NCBI GenBank assembly: GCA_965207885.1
Contig: OZ242311.1
Coordinates: forward strand, 2,048,001-2,112,000
Length of the DNA stretch: 64,000 nucleotides
From: Candidatus Latescibacterota bacterium
Lineage (GTDB): Bacteria > Latescibacterota > UBA2968
Direction of reading: 5' to 3'
Shown here: piece after piece, positions 16,483 through 27,342 of the stretch
Position numbering within the stretch: the first letter of the stretch is position 1
Layout of the letters: each line of letters begins with the position of its first letter
Notes under the pieces: model-generated
What the model was told of the DNA's origin: nothing
The model's database searches: none
Seen by the model: only the letters and a program-made list of their open reading frames with translations
Position numbers and translations under genes: made by a program

Positions 16483-17520
16483 CTATAATATCATCATTGC
16501 ATCGCCATAACTGTAAAACCGATAGGCTTCGCGCACGGCTTCCCGATATGCTCGCATCACAAAATCGCGCCCCATGAATGCGGCGATGAGCATGAGTAAA
16601 GTAGATTCTGGCAGATGGAAATTTGTGATTAGACCATCTACCAATCGAAAATTGTAGGGTGGATAGATAAAGATATGCGTCCAGTCCGAGCCGGATTTTA
16701 GTTGCCAATTTGATCCGATTTTTACCGCTGCGGACTCGAGTGTTCGCACCGATGTCGTTCCCACTGCGATGACGCGCCCGCCATTTGCCCGGCATCGGTT
16801 GACGGTTTCTGCCGCGCTTTCATCAATTTTCCAAAATTCCGCACCCATTTTGTGATCGCGCACATCGTCTGCTTTCACTGGTTTGAATGTGCCGGGTCCT
16901 ACATGTAGCAGGATTCGCGCTAAACCTATGCCCAATGCTTCAATTTTTGCCAACAGAACGGGGGTAAAATGAAGCCCCGCAGTGGGAGCAGCGATAGACC
17001 CGTGCACGCGCGCATAGACCGTCTGATACCGCTCTTTGTCAGAGGCGCAATCTTCCCGCCGAATATAGGGCGGCAATGGTACATGGCCATGTGTTTTTAG
17101 GAGTTCATCCAGCGATCCTTTGCCCTCAAACCGCACGCGGCGGTTGCCCGAATCGAGTACGTCTTCGACCGTGGCAATCAGGTCAGATCCTTCAAAAGCA
17201 ATTTCAGCCCCAATTCGCAATCGCCGTCCAGGCCGCGCCATTACTTCCCAGCTATCGCCATTGGGATGCAGGAGCAAAAGTTCTACTGCACCTCGAGTGA
17301 TTGGCCGGTATCCTTTTAGACGCGCGGGAAATACCCGCGTTTCGTTCAATACCAGACAATCGCCTGCGCGCAAAAAGTTGGGCAGTTCTCGAAATGTTCG
17401 ATGTACAATCTCGCGGTGCGTGCGATTTGCTACCATCAAACGCGATCCATCGCGCTCAGCCGTTGGGTATTGTGCGATCAGGTGATTGGGTAATTCGTAA
17501 TAAAAATCAGAACGTTTCAC
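16483..17520 (-). CDS. queA: S-adenosylmethionine:tRNA ribosyltransferase-isomerase
   Basis: PLPPYIRR, YQTVYA, AAPTAGLHFT, HVGPGTFKPV, TNFHLPESTL, YRFYSYGDAM. Confidence 0.97.
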   Translation of the reverse strand: MKRSDFYYELPNHLIAQYPTAERDGSRLMVANRTHREIVHRTFRELPNFLRAGDCLVLNETRVFPARLKGYRPITRGAVELLLLHPNGDSWEVMARPGRRLRIGAEIAFEGSDLIATVEDVLDSGNRRVRFEGKGSLDELLKTHGHVPLPPYIRREDCASDKERYQTVYARVHGSIAAPTAGLHFTPVLLAKIEALGIGLARILLHVGPGTFKPVKADDVRDHKMGAEFWKIDESAAETVNRCRANGGRVIAVGTTSVRTLESAAVKIGSNWQLKSGSDWTHIFIYPPYNFRLVDGLITNFHLPESTLLMLIAAFMGRDFVMRAYREAVREAYRFYSYGDAMMIL

Positions 17521-17558
17521 TGGATGAATTTTAAAAAAGTGAGAATATGGCAATCGTA

Positions 17559-18338
17559 TCACTCAAAGAGCGATGGAAAGTGACGATGGGGTTCTGCTGG
17601 CTCTCTGAAGAGTATCTGCTGGCGCGGTGTCAGTTCTGTGTTGGTTGGCGGTTGGACGCGATTGGGTCTCCAGGCTGTGTGCGCTACGCAATATTTGTAA
17701 AGGAGAGAGCGGCGTTCGTGCTTGCTGTACCAGGCCGATGTCCCGTGCGTTAGAGCTTCGGAAAATAAAATAGCGGAGCCAGCAGGTGCATGTGGAATGA
17801 TTATAAGGGGCGATTTTTCGGGAGCATCGAATATCTTTTGGGGTAATCGGTAGTTGCTTTTGTGGCTACCGGGAATGCAGCAGAATCCCCCGTGGTCTGG
17901 CCCTGCGTCTGTGAGGCTCCACGCTACAACCATGAATCCGTCGGTGATCTCGTGTTTGGGAAAATTAAAGTATTTGCCCGGCATCGATCCAGAAATGGGT
18001 GACATGGCGCCGTAGTCGGCGTGCAGACGCCCTCTTCCCATGCCCGCTTTCATGTACATGCCATAGAGGCGGTCAAGGCGAAAGCAGTCGCCCAATCGGA
18101 AGCGCAATATAGACATAATTTGAGGGTGATCAAGGAGGTCGCAAAAGGGTTTTCCCCATTGCAGAAAGCCCGGCCCGTCTGGCGCGCTGCCAAATCGCTG
18201 CGTTTCGCCCGGTGGGGGCAGTTTTTGTCGGTCAAATAGTTCATTGAGTGTTGCTACTTCGTCTGCGGTTAAGACGTTTTCAACGACGAGATAGCCCTGC
18301 AAGTCGAGCAGGTATTGTTGTGTTTCAAGGTCCTCCAT
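17559..18338 (-). CDS. phytanoyl-CoA dioxygenase (PhyH) family protein
   Basis: GYLVVENVL, LHAD, CIPGSHK, AGSAILFSEALTHG, ERRSLLYKY. Confidence 0.88.
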   Translation of the reverse strand: MEDLETQQYLLDLQGYLVVENVLTADEVATLNELFDRQKLPPPGETQRFGSAPDGPGFLQWGKPFCDLLDHPQIMSILRFRLGDCFRLDRLYGMYMKAGMGRGRLHADYGAMSPISGSMPGKYFNFPKHEITDGFMVVAWSLTDAGPDHGGFCCIPGSHKSNYRLPQKIFDAPEKSPLIIIPHAPAGSAILFSEALTHGTSAWYSKHERRSLLYKYCVAHTAWRPNRVQPPTNTELTPRQQILFREPAEPHRHFPSLFE

Positions 18339-18560
18339 AATATCCTCCTGTTGTTTTTAAATGATGTGGTGTAATGTCCTGGGGAATGATATTGATTGGA
18401 CTATATTAGATTTCGACTTTGGACGCAAGGAGAAAGACCAGCAAATGGTCAGTTGCAAAATCAGGTAGGTGGTATTATATTTTGCTGTGTCTTATTATTT
18501 TACGCAAAGAAACGGTGTGTATCACGCCGTTTCTTTTTTTCCAAATAACAGGAGTGTGCT

Positions 18561-19601
18561 ATGGCAGTTAAAACGTGTCTTATGGTGGGCGGTGGTGGTA
18601 TGGCAGGGGGCTGGATCAATCGCATGACGCAAAAATTTGGAGATCGCATCAAAATTATCGGTCTCGTCGATGTCAATCGGGATGTGCTGGATCGTCAGGC
18701 GCAGACACTTGGTCTGTCTAAAGATCAACTTTTTACTTCACACGAAGATGCTGTGTCCACTGTCAAAGCCGATTTTTGTGGTGTGGCAACGCCGCCGCCG
18801 TTTCACGCGCCGGCAACAGTTGCCGCGCTTGAGGCGGGCATGCCCGTGATATCCGAGAAGCCGATTGCAGATACGCTCGATGCGGCTAAAGACATGGTTC
18901 GCGCTGCCCAAAAGACGGGCTTGCCCTGCGCCATTATTCAAAATTATCGCTATGCCCGAAATAAGCAGGAACTCGTTCGAATTCGCGATGAGGGACGCCT
19001 CGGTCGGCTGCAGCATATTGTTGGACGATATGCTTGCGATTACCGAGAATTTGAGTCGTGGGGCAAAGCCTGGCGGCATACGATGGAATTTGGTCTTCTC
19101 TTTGAAGGCTCGGTGCATCATTTTGACATGCTGCGTTTTCTTTCAGGTGGCGATCCCGATACGCTTATGGGATTTGGCTGGAATCCCGAATGGTCGAGTT
19201 TTGATCACCATTCGAGCGGGATGTATCTCGTGAATATGGACAATGGTACGCATGCGTTTTACGAGGGTAATAGCTCAGCGGCGGGTATTACCAACTGCTG
19301 GCATCGGGAACACTACCGCGCTGAATTTGAAGAGGGGACGGTCGAGATTGCCGAGGGTGCTACTGTGACTATTCACCGCGTTGGGCAAGAGCCAGAAGTT
19401 TATGAAGCGCCTGAAATTGAATGGGAAGGTCACGATCATCTTTTCGATGAGTTTCTCGACTGGCTCGATGGGGGGCCGCCTTCCGAGACGCGCATTGAAA
19501 AAAATATTATTTCGTATGCTATGGTCATCGCCGCAATGGAGACGACGCTGGATGGACAGCCGAAGAAAATCGCAGATTATGTTTCGGATCTCGATTTGTA
19601 G
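18561..19601 (+). CDS. Gfo/Idh/MocA family oxidoreductase
   Basis: GGGGMA Rossmann motif, ATPPPFH, SEKPIA, SVHHFDML. Confidence 0.9.
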   Translation: MAVKTCLMVGGGGMAGGWINRMTQKFGDRIKIIGLVDVNRDVLDRQAQTLGLSKDQLFTSHEDAVSTVKADFCGVATPPPFHAPATVAALEAGMPVISEKPIADTLDAAKDMVRAAQKTGLPCAIIQNYRYARNKQELVRIRDEGRLGRLQHIVGRYACDYREFESWGKAWRHTMEFGLLFEGSVHHFDMLRFLSGGDPDTLMGFGWNPEWSSFDHHSSGMYLVNMDNGTHAFYEGNSSAAGITNCWHREHYRAEFEEGTVEIAEGATVTIHRVGQEPEVYEAPEIEWEGHDHLFDEFLDWLDGGPPSETRIEKNIISYAMVIAAMETTLDGQPKKIADYVSDLDL

Positions 19602-19625
19602 CCATAGATCAACTTACCAAATCGC

Positions 19626-19660
19626 AAAAAAGCCCCCGTAACACTGTTGCGGGGGCTTTG
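19626..19660. terminator. bidirectional terminator between convergent genes
   Basis: AAAAAAGCCCCCGTAAC-ACT-GTTGCGGGGGCTTT. Confidence 0.75.
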
Positions 19661-19680
19661 AATTGGTCGTTTTTCGCCTA

Positions 19681-20493
19681 TTAGCAACACCCTGTGCTCG
19701 ACAAGATGCCTCTGATATATCCGAGCGTGAATGCGAGGTCACGGTCGATACCTTCAGGCGTTTTGGAGCCGACGCATTCTACGTAGAGTGGACCTGTGAA
19801 TCCCCCGCCGATTAGTCCGGATAAGATGCGGTGAAAATCGACTTCACCATCTCCTGCTGTGGTCTGTACATTGGGGTTGTTCTCAGAGTCCAATGCACAA
19901 TCTTTTACAATCGCTGTTGAGGTGTATTTTGCAATATCATCCACTTCCTGCTCTGGGCGCACTTCGCCGCGCGTGTAGTGAATGATGTTGCCCGGGTCGT
20001 AGCTTACCGCAAATGCGGGGTGATTGACCTGGTGATACAGATCGATCAATTCTTTTGCTGTCAGGCTGATACCCCCATGAGGCTTGAGGGAGATGCCCAG
20101 ATCTAAGGTATCCGCGTGTTCGGCTGCACGGCGCATGACTTCGGGATAGATGCCGTAATATTCTTTTTTTCCCGTTCCCAATTCCAATATCCACTTTGCG
20201 CCGAGTTCGGCGGCGTTATCCAATAATTGTTTATACGCATCTGCTGCACCATCCACACCGTGCTCCAACAGCGCTCTGCCGAGCAACATGGATGGATTGA
20301 CGCCCGCCTGGGTAGCGGCTTTTTTGGCGGCTGCGATTTGCGCGGCACTGCTTTCATTATTTACGGGTATAACCCCATCGTGTGCAAATACAGCTACGTC
20401 TGTATATCCAGCGCTTGCGATGTGTTCACACGCCTCTGCAAATGACAGGGCGTTGAGAGGTCGCGTTGTGCTGCCAATGACCAGTTCCATCAT
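19681..20493 (-). CDS. sugar phosphate isomerase/epimerase (xylose isomerase-like TIM barrel)
   Basis: LKPHGG, YDPGN, VKD, GDGEVDF, GPLYVE. Confidence 0.8.
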   Translation of the reverse strand: MMELVIGSTTRPLNALSFAEACEHIASAGYTDVAVFAHDGVIPVNNESSAAQIAAAKKAATQAGVNPSMLLGRALLEHGVDGAADAYKQLLDNAAELGAKWILELGTGKKEYYGIYPEVMRRAAEHADTLDLGISLKPHGGISLTAKELIDLYHQVNHPAFAVSYDPGNIIHYTRGEVRPEQEVDDIAKYTSTAIVKDCALDSENNPNVQTTAGDGEVDFHRILSGLIGGGFTGPLYVECVGSKTPEGIDRDLAFTLGYIRGILSSTGCC

Positions 20494-20522
20494 TTACTCC
20501 TTCCTCGTTTTATCCGGATTGT

Positions 20523-21323
20523 TTACCCGTGGTTGTTAAGGTCTTTCCCGCAATGCGGGCATTTATTTTCGCGATGAGATTCCTGCATGGCTTCGACAAA
20601 GCCAGAACTCAAGATGCCGGCGGGTAAGGCAAACATCCCAACGCCCAGTACGGCAATTATTGCCCCCAGGAATTTGCCCAATGACGTTATGGGAAAGACA
20701 TCGCCATAGCCCACGGTTGTCAGGGTTACTATTCCCCACCACATGGTTGTTGGAATACTCGAAAAGGCTTCGGGTTGTGCATAGTGTTCGACAAAATACA
20801 TCAGGCTGGATACGATGACTAATAAGAGCGTCAATGCAAATGCTACGATATAAAGTTCATGGCGTTTTTGCCATATTACCCGGCCAAACATTTGCATTGA
20901 ATGCGAATAGCGGCCCACTTTGAGCAGGCGAAATAATCGCAACAAGCGCAGGGGCAGCGTATATTCGGGCGGTATTGTGACGAGTAAAAAGACATAATAG
21001 GGAAATATGGCGATGAAATCAATCAGCGCCAGAGGCGTCAGCATAAATGCCAACCGCCCAGTCAGGGGGCGCGCAAATTTTTTATCTGCGGTACAACACC
21101 AGATACGCAGCAGGTATTCAACAGTGAAGATCAGCACGCATATAGTTTCAAAAAGCTCGATAAACTCGCCATAAGTCTCATTAATTCCCTCGACGGTTTC
21201 GAGTATGACCATTGTCACATTCAGGACGATGAGGGTGATTATAAAAAGATCAACTATGCGGCTCAGCAGATCACCTTCTTCGGCTTTTTCCAGGATTGCG
21301 TACAAGTGTGTTTTTGCGGTCAT
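20523..21323 (-). CDS. voltage-gated potassium channel (ion transporter)
   Basis: S4 LRLLRLFRLLK, pore TLTTVGYGD, C-terminal CPHCG. Confidence 0.92.
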   Translation of the reverse strand: MTAKTHLYAILEKAEEGDLLSRIVDLFIITLIVLNVTMVILETVEGINETYGEFIELFETICVLIFTVEYLLRIWCCTADKKFARPLTGRLAFMLTPLALIDFIAIFPYYVFLLVTIPPEYTLPLRLLRLFRLLKVGRYSHSMQMFGRVIWQKRHELYIVAFALTLLLVIVSSLMYFVEHYAQPEAFSSIPTTMWWGIVTLTTVGYGDVFPITSLGKFLGAIIAVLGVGMFALPAGILSSGFVEAMQESHRENKCPHCGKDLNNHG

Positions 21324-21380
21324 CGCGTTTACCTCCCGCTCCAAAATAGAATTGTTTTGTGATCTTTACAAGTGAATATT

Positions 21381-21412
21381 AAGAGGTGAGATGTAAGACG
21401 TAAGAGGTGAAG
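21381..21412. repeat. heptamer tandem repeat
   Basis: AAGAGGT GAGATGT AAGACGT AAGAGGT GAAG. Confidence 0.55.
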
Positions 21413-21472
21413 GTCGCAGTCCCCAGTCCCCTGGGATGGATTGTGGGGCGAGGCTCATCAAAGGAGTTTTAT

Positions 21473-23416
21473 TTGTCTGATCTTTTAAAAAATCCAATTG
21501 TCCGAGTTATTTTTGCGCTTATTTTTGCGGTGGTTCTGGTGAGCGTTTTGCCGGGGAACCGGGAGCGCGTTTTACACGAGCAACTGTTGACTGCGATTCC
21601 CAAATTGGCGGAACAGTTTGGCGATTATCCATGGATGCTATCGCCGGATGCGGATCGCGTGTTGCAGAAGGCTTTTGCCGAAGCACAAGGTCGTCGGCCT
21701 GATGCGTCTGATGAGGGTGCAGAGATTGTATTTCGCAGCGTGGCAATCTCCGAGGATTATCACCTCGTTGCTGTGCGCGGTTCTGATGAACGCGGGGAAG
21801 TTTTGTCGCCTGTTACGGCGTGGAGTCTTTTTCCACCTGTTGCTGCGATTCTGGTGGCTATTATCAGCGGGCGTCTTATTCTGGGGCTTTCGCTTTCTAT
21901 TCTCGCGGGGGGATTTCTCGCGTCGCTGGGTGAACCTCTTTATTATTTGCCGATTATTGCGCTGCAAAAATCCCTGATTGGCTATGTTTGGACGCCTTTG
22001 GAAAGTTCGTTTCAGCTCTATATTCTCGCGTTTACTGCAGGGCTTATCGGTATGGTACGCGTTACCACGCTTTCGGGTGGCAATCTCGGTATTGCCAATG
22101 TGCTCGCCCGACGTGCCGAGGGCGCGCGTTCAACGCGGTTGGCGGCATTTTTTATGGGGCTTGCTATCTTTTTTGACGACTATGCCAATTCTATTGTCGT
22201 GGGTTCTACGTTGCGCCCGATAGCGGACCGATTCAGGGTGTCGCGCGAAAAACTCGCGTATATTGTCGATTCAACTGCCGCCCCTATTGCGGGTATTGCG
22301 ATTATCAGTACGTGGATTGGATACGAAGTTAGCCTTTTTCAGGATTTAATGACGGATCTCAAGACCGGGTTGTCGGGATACCAGCTTTTTTTTAATGCTC
22401 TGCCTTTGCGTTTCTATTGTTTGCTTACGCTTACTTTTGTGTTGCTTTCTGCTTATCTGCGCCGCGATTACGGGCCTATGCTCGCCGCAGAACGCCGCGC
22501 ACAAACAACGGGTCAGGTGATGCGCCCTGGCGCGACGCCAATGACCGGACGAGCACAGGACGAAATTGGTCCTGTTGAGGGCGTCCGTCCCGTGTGGTGG
22601 GCGGCTGTTTTGCCCGTACTTCTCGTTATTGTGTGCGTCATTGGGGGGATGGCTTTTGATACTTGGGATCACGAGAGGGTTCTCGCTGCGCGGCGGGATT
22701 ATGGCTTGATGAGTAGCGCGTTTTGGAGTGCGTGTTTTTCAAATGCCAATACTGCGCAGGTTCTTTTTGTGGCGGCAATGCTTGGTTCTGCACTCGCGAT
22801 TGCGATAGCTATTACGCGCAGGCAGGTTGAGACGGGTGCGCGGGTTATTTCTGTGGGGGATGCTGTCTCGACATGGGCGCGCGGTATTGTCGGCGTGTGG
22901 TATGCGATTGTTATTCTGATTCTCGCATGGGCGATCAAAGAGGTCTGTGCAGATGCGGGTACGTCAACTTATCTCACCGCGGCACTTTCTCCGCTTATTT
23001 CTCCGGGGCTGCTGCCTTTGCTGATTTTTCTGCTCGCTGCTCTTGTTGCATTTTCAATTGGCACGTCCTGGACGACGATGGCGATTCTCATTCCTACAGT
23101 TGTTCCGCTCGCACATGCGGTGGGGGGGCTACCACTGACTATCCTGGCAGCCGCGGCTGTGCTTGATGGGGCGATTTTTGGCGATCATTGCTCGCCTATT
23201 AGCGATACTACGGTGATGGCGAGTATCGCGTCGTCGTGTGACCACCTTGATCACGTTAAAACACAACTTCCCTACGCGCTCACGACGATGAGTGTCGCGG
23301 GTATTTTTGGCTATTTGGGGACGGCGCTGATTTATCCAGGGTGGGTTGGTCTCGTTCTGGGCCTGATTACCATTCCAATAATTCTTCTCGCTATAGGCAA
23401 AAATCCGGATGAATAG
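21473..23416 (+). CDS. NhaC-family Na+/H+ antiporter / amino acid transporter
   Basis: FFDDYAN, SREKLAYIVDSTAAP, GTSWTT, GAIFGDHCSPISDTT, HVKTQLPYA; TTG start after AAGGAG. Confidence 0.9.
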   Translation: MSDLLKNPIVRVIFALIFAVVLVSVLPGNRERVLHEQLLTAIPKLAEQFGDYPWMLSPDADRVLQKAFAEAQGRRPDASDEGAEIVFRSVAISEDYHLVAVRGSDERGEVLSPVTAWSLFPPVAAILVAIISGRLILGLSLSILAGGFLASLGEPLYYLPIIALQKSLIGYVWTPLESSFQLYILAFTAGLIGMVRVTTLSGGNLGIANVLARRAEGARSTRLAAFFMGLAIFFDDYANSIVVGSTLRPIADRFRVSREKLAYIVDSTAAPIAGIAIISTWIGYEVSLFQDLMTDLKTGLSGYQLFFNALPLRFYCLLTLTFVLLSAYLRRDYGPMLAAERRAQTTGQVMRPGATPMTGRAQDEIGPVEGVRPVWWAAVLPVLLVIVCVIGGMAFDTWDHERVLAARRDYGLMSSAFWSACFSNANTAQVLFVAAMLGSALAIAIAITRRQVETGARVISVGDAVSTWARGIVGVWYAIVILILAWAIKEVCADAGTSTYLTAALSPLISPGLLPLLIFLLAALVAFSIGTSWTTMAILIPTVVPLAHAVGGLPLTILAAAAVLDGAIFGDHCSPISDTTVMASIASSCDHLDHVKTQLPYALTTMSVAGIFGYLGTALIYPGWVGLVLGLITIPIILLAIGKNPDE

Positions 23417-23545
23417 TGGTGTAGCCCATCCCGCCTCTGCCGGTTTTTTATACCTGCGCTCTATTGTTTTCTTGACTTCTATTTTTGAGTGATTCATGCA
23501 TGCCTTGTCACATATTGAGGATTTGAGATTTTAACGGAGGTGGCT

Positions 23546-24487
23546 ATGACGATTCAGGAGCAGTTGCACTACGAGCAGGTCAATGATGAATCGCTGAGTT
23601 TTCTCAAAGCGATTGGCGTTGACTATCTGACGATCAATCCGTCGATGGATATGCGCGATGGCAAGGACCGCCGCGCGTACTGGGAAGATATGCGAGATAG
23701 GGCCGAGGATCACGGCCTGGTTTTGAGGAATGCCGCCAGCTATGGCTGGGATGAATTTACTCTGGGTTTGGAAGACCGGGATGAAAAAATTGATGCCTGG
23801 TGTATGTTCATCCGCAACCTGGGTGAGGCAGGGATACCCACTCTGGGATACAATTTTAAGCCGATTGGCAATTTTCGCACAGAGTCGGCGACGGGGCGCG
23901 GCGGCGTCAAATACAGTACGTTTGATTACGACGAATGGGCGCGCGAGCGCGTGTATGTGCCCGACAAAGTAATTTCAGAAGCCGGCATGTGGGAAAATAT
24001 CGAATACTTTTTGAAGCGCGTAATACCCGTGGCCGAGGAATACGGCGTGAGGATGGCATTGCATCCGGATGATCCGCCCATTCCCGAACCGATGGGCGGA
24101 GCCGCGCGTATTGTATCGACATTGGAGCAATATCACCGCATCTTTGACCTTGCTCCCAGCCTATGTAATGCCATGCTATTTTGTCAGGGGTGCGTGGCTG
24201 AAATGGGCGAAGATGTTTGCGAAGCGATCCGCGATATTGGCGGTCGGGACAAAATTGTGTATGTGCATTTTCGAGATATTCAGGGTTCGCCGAGAAGTTT
24301 TCGAGAGGTGTTTATCGATGAAGGGCAAAACGATATGCACAAGGCGATGCAAACCTACAAGGACGTGGGGTTTAATGGTCCGTTTATGATGGACCACACC
24401 CCCAGGTTCTGGCAATCGGGTACTGAGTGGGCAGGGCGTGCATTTGCCGTGGGGTACATGCGCGCGTTGATTCAGGTGGTTTATTGA
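23546..24487 (+). CDS. uxuA: mannonate dehydratase family protein
   Basis: LGYNF, ALHPDDPP, FCQG, YVHFRD, FIDEG, DHTP, AFAVGYMRAL. Confidence 0.82.
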   Translation: MTIQEQLHYEQVNDESLSFLKAIGVDYLTINPSMDMRDGKDRRAYWEDMRDRAEDHGLVLRNAASYGWDEFTLGLEDRDEKIDAWCMFIRNLGEAGIPTLGYNFKPIGNFRTESATGRGGVKYSTFDYDEWARERVYVPDKVISEAGMWENIEYFLKRVIPVAEEYGVRMALHPDDPPIPEPMGGAARIVSTLEQYHRIFDLAPSLCNAMLFCQGCVAEMGEDVCEAIRDIGGRDKIVYVHFRDIQGSPRSFREVFIDEGQNDMHKAMQTYKDVGFNGPFMMDHTPRFWQSGTEWAGRAFAVGYMRALIQVVY

Positions 24488-24519
24488 GGACGGTGAGACG
24501 CTTTTAAAAGGAGAGCAAT

Positions 24520-25512
24520 ATGGAAAAGAAGACGGCAAGTTCTCAGAAGGTTGTCAAGGTTGCCATGATCGGTGCGGGGGGGCGGTCGCGCAGTGTACAC
24601 TATCCCTCGCTAAACGATATGGACGATGTCAAAATGGTGGCCGTATGCGAGTTGAATGAAGTGCGTATGATTGAGGTGGCGGGAGAGTACGATATTCCAG
24701 CGCGATACACCAATTATGTGACGATGATCGAACGGGAAAAACCCGATGTGGTGTATGCGATTATGCCACCGCATCACATATACGATCTGGCGGCAAATAT
24801 TATGGAGATGGGCGTTAATATTATCATTGAAAAACCGCCTTCAGTGACGACCGAACAGGCTAAGCAGATGACGTTGTTAGCGAAAAAGAACAATGTGATT
24901 ACGGGCGTGACATTCCAGAGGCGGTTTGCGCCAGTGATCCGCACGGGAAAAGAAATATGTGAAAAGAATGGGCCAGTGCACAGTGCGGCGTCGTATTTTT
25001 TGAAAAACGAAGTGGGTGGACAACCCATTTACAAGGGGGCGCTGGAAAAACTGACCTGCGATGGTATTCACGCGGTGGATACGCTGCGATATTTGTGTGG
25101 TGGAGAAGTAGAAGCCGTGGCGAGCGATGTGCGGCGATTGGATGCCACGTTTAGAAATATGCACACGGCGCTGGTGAAGTTTTCGTCTGGCGCAACAGGT
25201 GTGCTACAAAATTGTTATATGATGGGACGTCGGATGTTCACGGTGGAAGTGCATTCGACGGGTATTTCGATGTTTGGCGATCCCGAAGAGGGCGGGCAGG
25301 TATTTGCCGATGGGAAAGTCGAACCCGTAAGGTCGCTCGATCCCTGGATACTGAGCGATAGCGAGCAGCCACATGTCGCTTTTGGGGCTTATGCCATTAA
25401 TCGCCATTTTATCGATTGCGTAAAAACAGGCCAACAACCCGAAACAAATTTTGAAGATGCGGCAAAATCTATGGAATTGGTCGATGCGATTTACGATTCG
25501 CAAATCGGATGA
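24520..25512 (+). CDS. Gfo/Idh/MocA family oxidoreductase
   Basis: IGAGGRS, IEKPP, FQRRF, GIHAVD. Confidence 0.9.
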   Translation: MEKKTASSQKVVKVAMIGAGGRSRSVHYPSLNDMDDVKMVAVCELNEVRMIEVAGEYDIPARYTNYVTMIEREKPDVVYAIMPPHHIYDLAANIMEMGVNIIIEKPPSVTTEQAKQMTLLAKKNNVITGVTFQRRFAPVIRTGKEICEKNGPVHSAASYFLKNEVGGQPIYKGALEKLTCDGIHAVDTLRYLCGGEVEAVASDVRRLDATFRNMHTALVKFSSGATGVLQNCYMMGRRMFTVEVHSTGISMFGDPEEGGQVFADGKVEPVRSLDPWILSDSEQPHVAFGAYAINRHFIDCVKTGQQPETNFEDAAKSMELVDAIYDSQIG

Positions 25513-25529
25513 GATGTAATTATTAAGGA

Positions 25530-25560
25530 AAGGGCGGGATGTGATAGATCTCGCCTTTTT
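25530..25560 (+). terminator. intrinsic terminator
   Basis: AAGGGCGGGAT...ATCTCGCCTTTTT. Confidence 0.6.
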
Positions 25561-25571
25561 GTTATTGGGTT

Positions 25572-26171
25572 TTACAACAGGTGTCCATTTCCGCGTGTTC
25601 GGCGTTTTACTTCGCGCAGGGTGACGAGTGACTTTTCGAGCGCATTGGACACGGTTTTGAGGCGTTCATTGGGTGAGGTGCTTTCCAGAAGTGCTTGCTG
25701 CTCATCGAGGGATAAGGTGAGATTTGATGCGAGGATGTATGAGAGTGTACCCAGTTCCAGAGTGGGTATTTGGGGCGATATCCAGCCCGATGAGAGTTTC
25801 ATGGCTTCGGAATAAAGTTTTTTGGCGCGGTTCCCCAAAGCGATGTCAAAAGCTTCGTCGTCGTCTTCTACGTCTTCCACAAAGCCCGATATATACGGAT
25901 GGATATCGTATTGCTGGATAACGCGAAAGCGTCGCGTTCCTTCAATTAAGATGTTCATTCGGCCATCGGGAAATCGATTGAGCAGGCCGACAACACGCGC
26001 CGCGCATCCGATGTCGTTAAAATCGTCGTCTGTGCCCCATACAAGACCAAATTCGGTGTCGTTGTCAAGGCATTCACCAATCATTTGCTTGTATCGCTCT
26101 TCAAAGATATGCAAGGGAACACGCCGGTGTGGTAGCAGCACCATGTCGAGGGGAAAGAGGGGAAGTTCCAT
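25572..26171 (-). CDS. Lon peptidase N-terminal (substrate-binding) domain protein
   Basis: LPLFPL, PLHIFEERYKQMI, DGRMNI..G.RRF. Confidence 0.88.
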   Translation of the reverse strand: MELPLFPLDMVLLPHRRVPLHIFEERYKQMIGECLDNDTEFGLVWGTDDDFNDIGCAARVVGLLNRFPDGRMNILIEGTRRFRVIQQYDIHPYISGFVEDVEDDDEAFDIALGNRAKKLYSEAMKLSSGWISPQIPTLELGTLSYILASNLTLSLDEQQALLESTSPNERLKTVSNALEKSLVTLREVKRRTRGNGHLL

Positions 26172-26175
26172 TGGA

Positions 26176-27075
26176 TCAGGAGGCGGGTTTTTGATGGCTG
26201 TTTAAGAGAATATCGAGCAATTTTTGGGTGGCGATTGACAAACTGCGTCCTTTGCGAAAGAGGATGCCCAATGGACGCTCAAAGTCTCGATCTACAAAGT
26301 GTAGATATGATAGGGTTTTGCGAGCGAGTTCTTGCTCAATGGAATTGAGTGGTAAAATAGAGATGCCAATATCGACTTCTACGGCGTGTTTGATGGGGGC
26401 TATGTGGTCGAGTTCCATGACGATATCGGGGCGTATTTTGTATTTTTTTAAGAACTGATCAATGGCGCGCCGAGTTGGGGTTTCGGGGGTAAAGAGAACC
26501 AGCGGAAATTTGTTGAGTTCTTGTGGTAAGAATGCGTTGCGAGAAGCCAATTCATGATCGGGATGCATGGTCACGACCATCTTATCCTGTGAAAAGGGCA
26601 TCACATCTACATTGCGTTGGGTGCGGGGATATGGCACAATGCCCAAATCGACTTCGCCATTGGCAACATCGTTATAAATTTTATTTACCTGATCGTATTG
26701 GAGACGGAAATTAACCCGGGGATAGGCTTTGAGGTAGGTTTTGAGAAAGGGTGTGAGTTCGAGCATTCCCACACTGTAAATAGATGCCAGACGAACAGTT
26801 CCTGAAACCACTCCTCCCAGAGCCTGGATGCGGTGTTCCATTTCTTCGTAGCGTCGGACAATTTCTCGGGCATAAGAGTAAAAAATTTCACCTTCTGCTG
26901 TGAGTGTCAGGCGTCTTTTTTCAACTCGTTCGATGAGTTGTTTTCCCTGACGTTTTTCAATGCTTTTGAGTTGCTGGCTTACCGCGGATTGGGTAACGGA
27001 ATTGAGGACTGCGGTTTTGGAAAAACTCTGCGTTTCAATCAGGTCACAGAAGACTTTCAGACTTGTAATCAGCAA
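26176..27075 (-). CDS. LysR family transcriptional regulator
   Basis: SFSKTA..VTQSAVSQQLK HTH, LTAEGE, substrate-binding domain. Confidence 0.93.
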   Translation of the reverse strand: MLITSLKVFCDLIETQSFSKTAVLNSVTQSAVSQQLKSIEKRQGKQLIERVEKRRLTLTAEGEIFYSYAREIVRRYEEMEHRIQALGGVVSGTVRLASIYSVGMLELTPFLKTYLKAYPRVNFRLQYDQVNKIYNDVANGEVDLGIVPYPRTQRNVDVMPFSQDKMVVTMHPDHELASRNAFLPQELNKFPLVLFTPETPTRRAIDQFLKKYKIRPDIVMELDHIAPIKHAVEVDIGISILPLNSIEQELARKTLSYLHFVDRDFERPLGILFRKGRSLSIATQKLLDILLNSHQKPAS

Positions 27076-27342
27076 GGGGCTTTCTCCGTTGTTAAAATTA
27101 TAAGAGGATATGAAATTGTGAGAGGGTGTAAATTAGAGCGGCAAATCTATAAGAAAATCGAAACTATGTCAATAGAAAAACTGGATTTGAAAAATAGTGC
27201 TCATTTTGAACAGCGTATAAAAAAAATAGAAGTACGATTTTGGTAAGGCCCGATTGTCAAAACACCAATTTTGGATTTGCCCTTGTAAAAAACGCCAGAA
27301 CATCTTATACTTCAATTTGTTATCGCTATATGGAGATCGTTT

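Noticed and set aside
16466-16795. 110-aa N-terminal extension of the enolase-family ORF
   Set aside because: It overlaps queA in another frame; TTG 16465 has an AAGGAG RBS and matches the family start.
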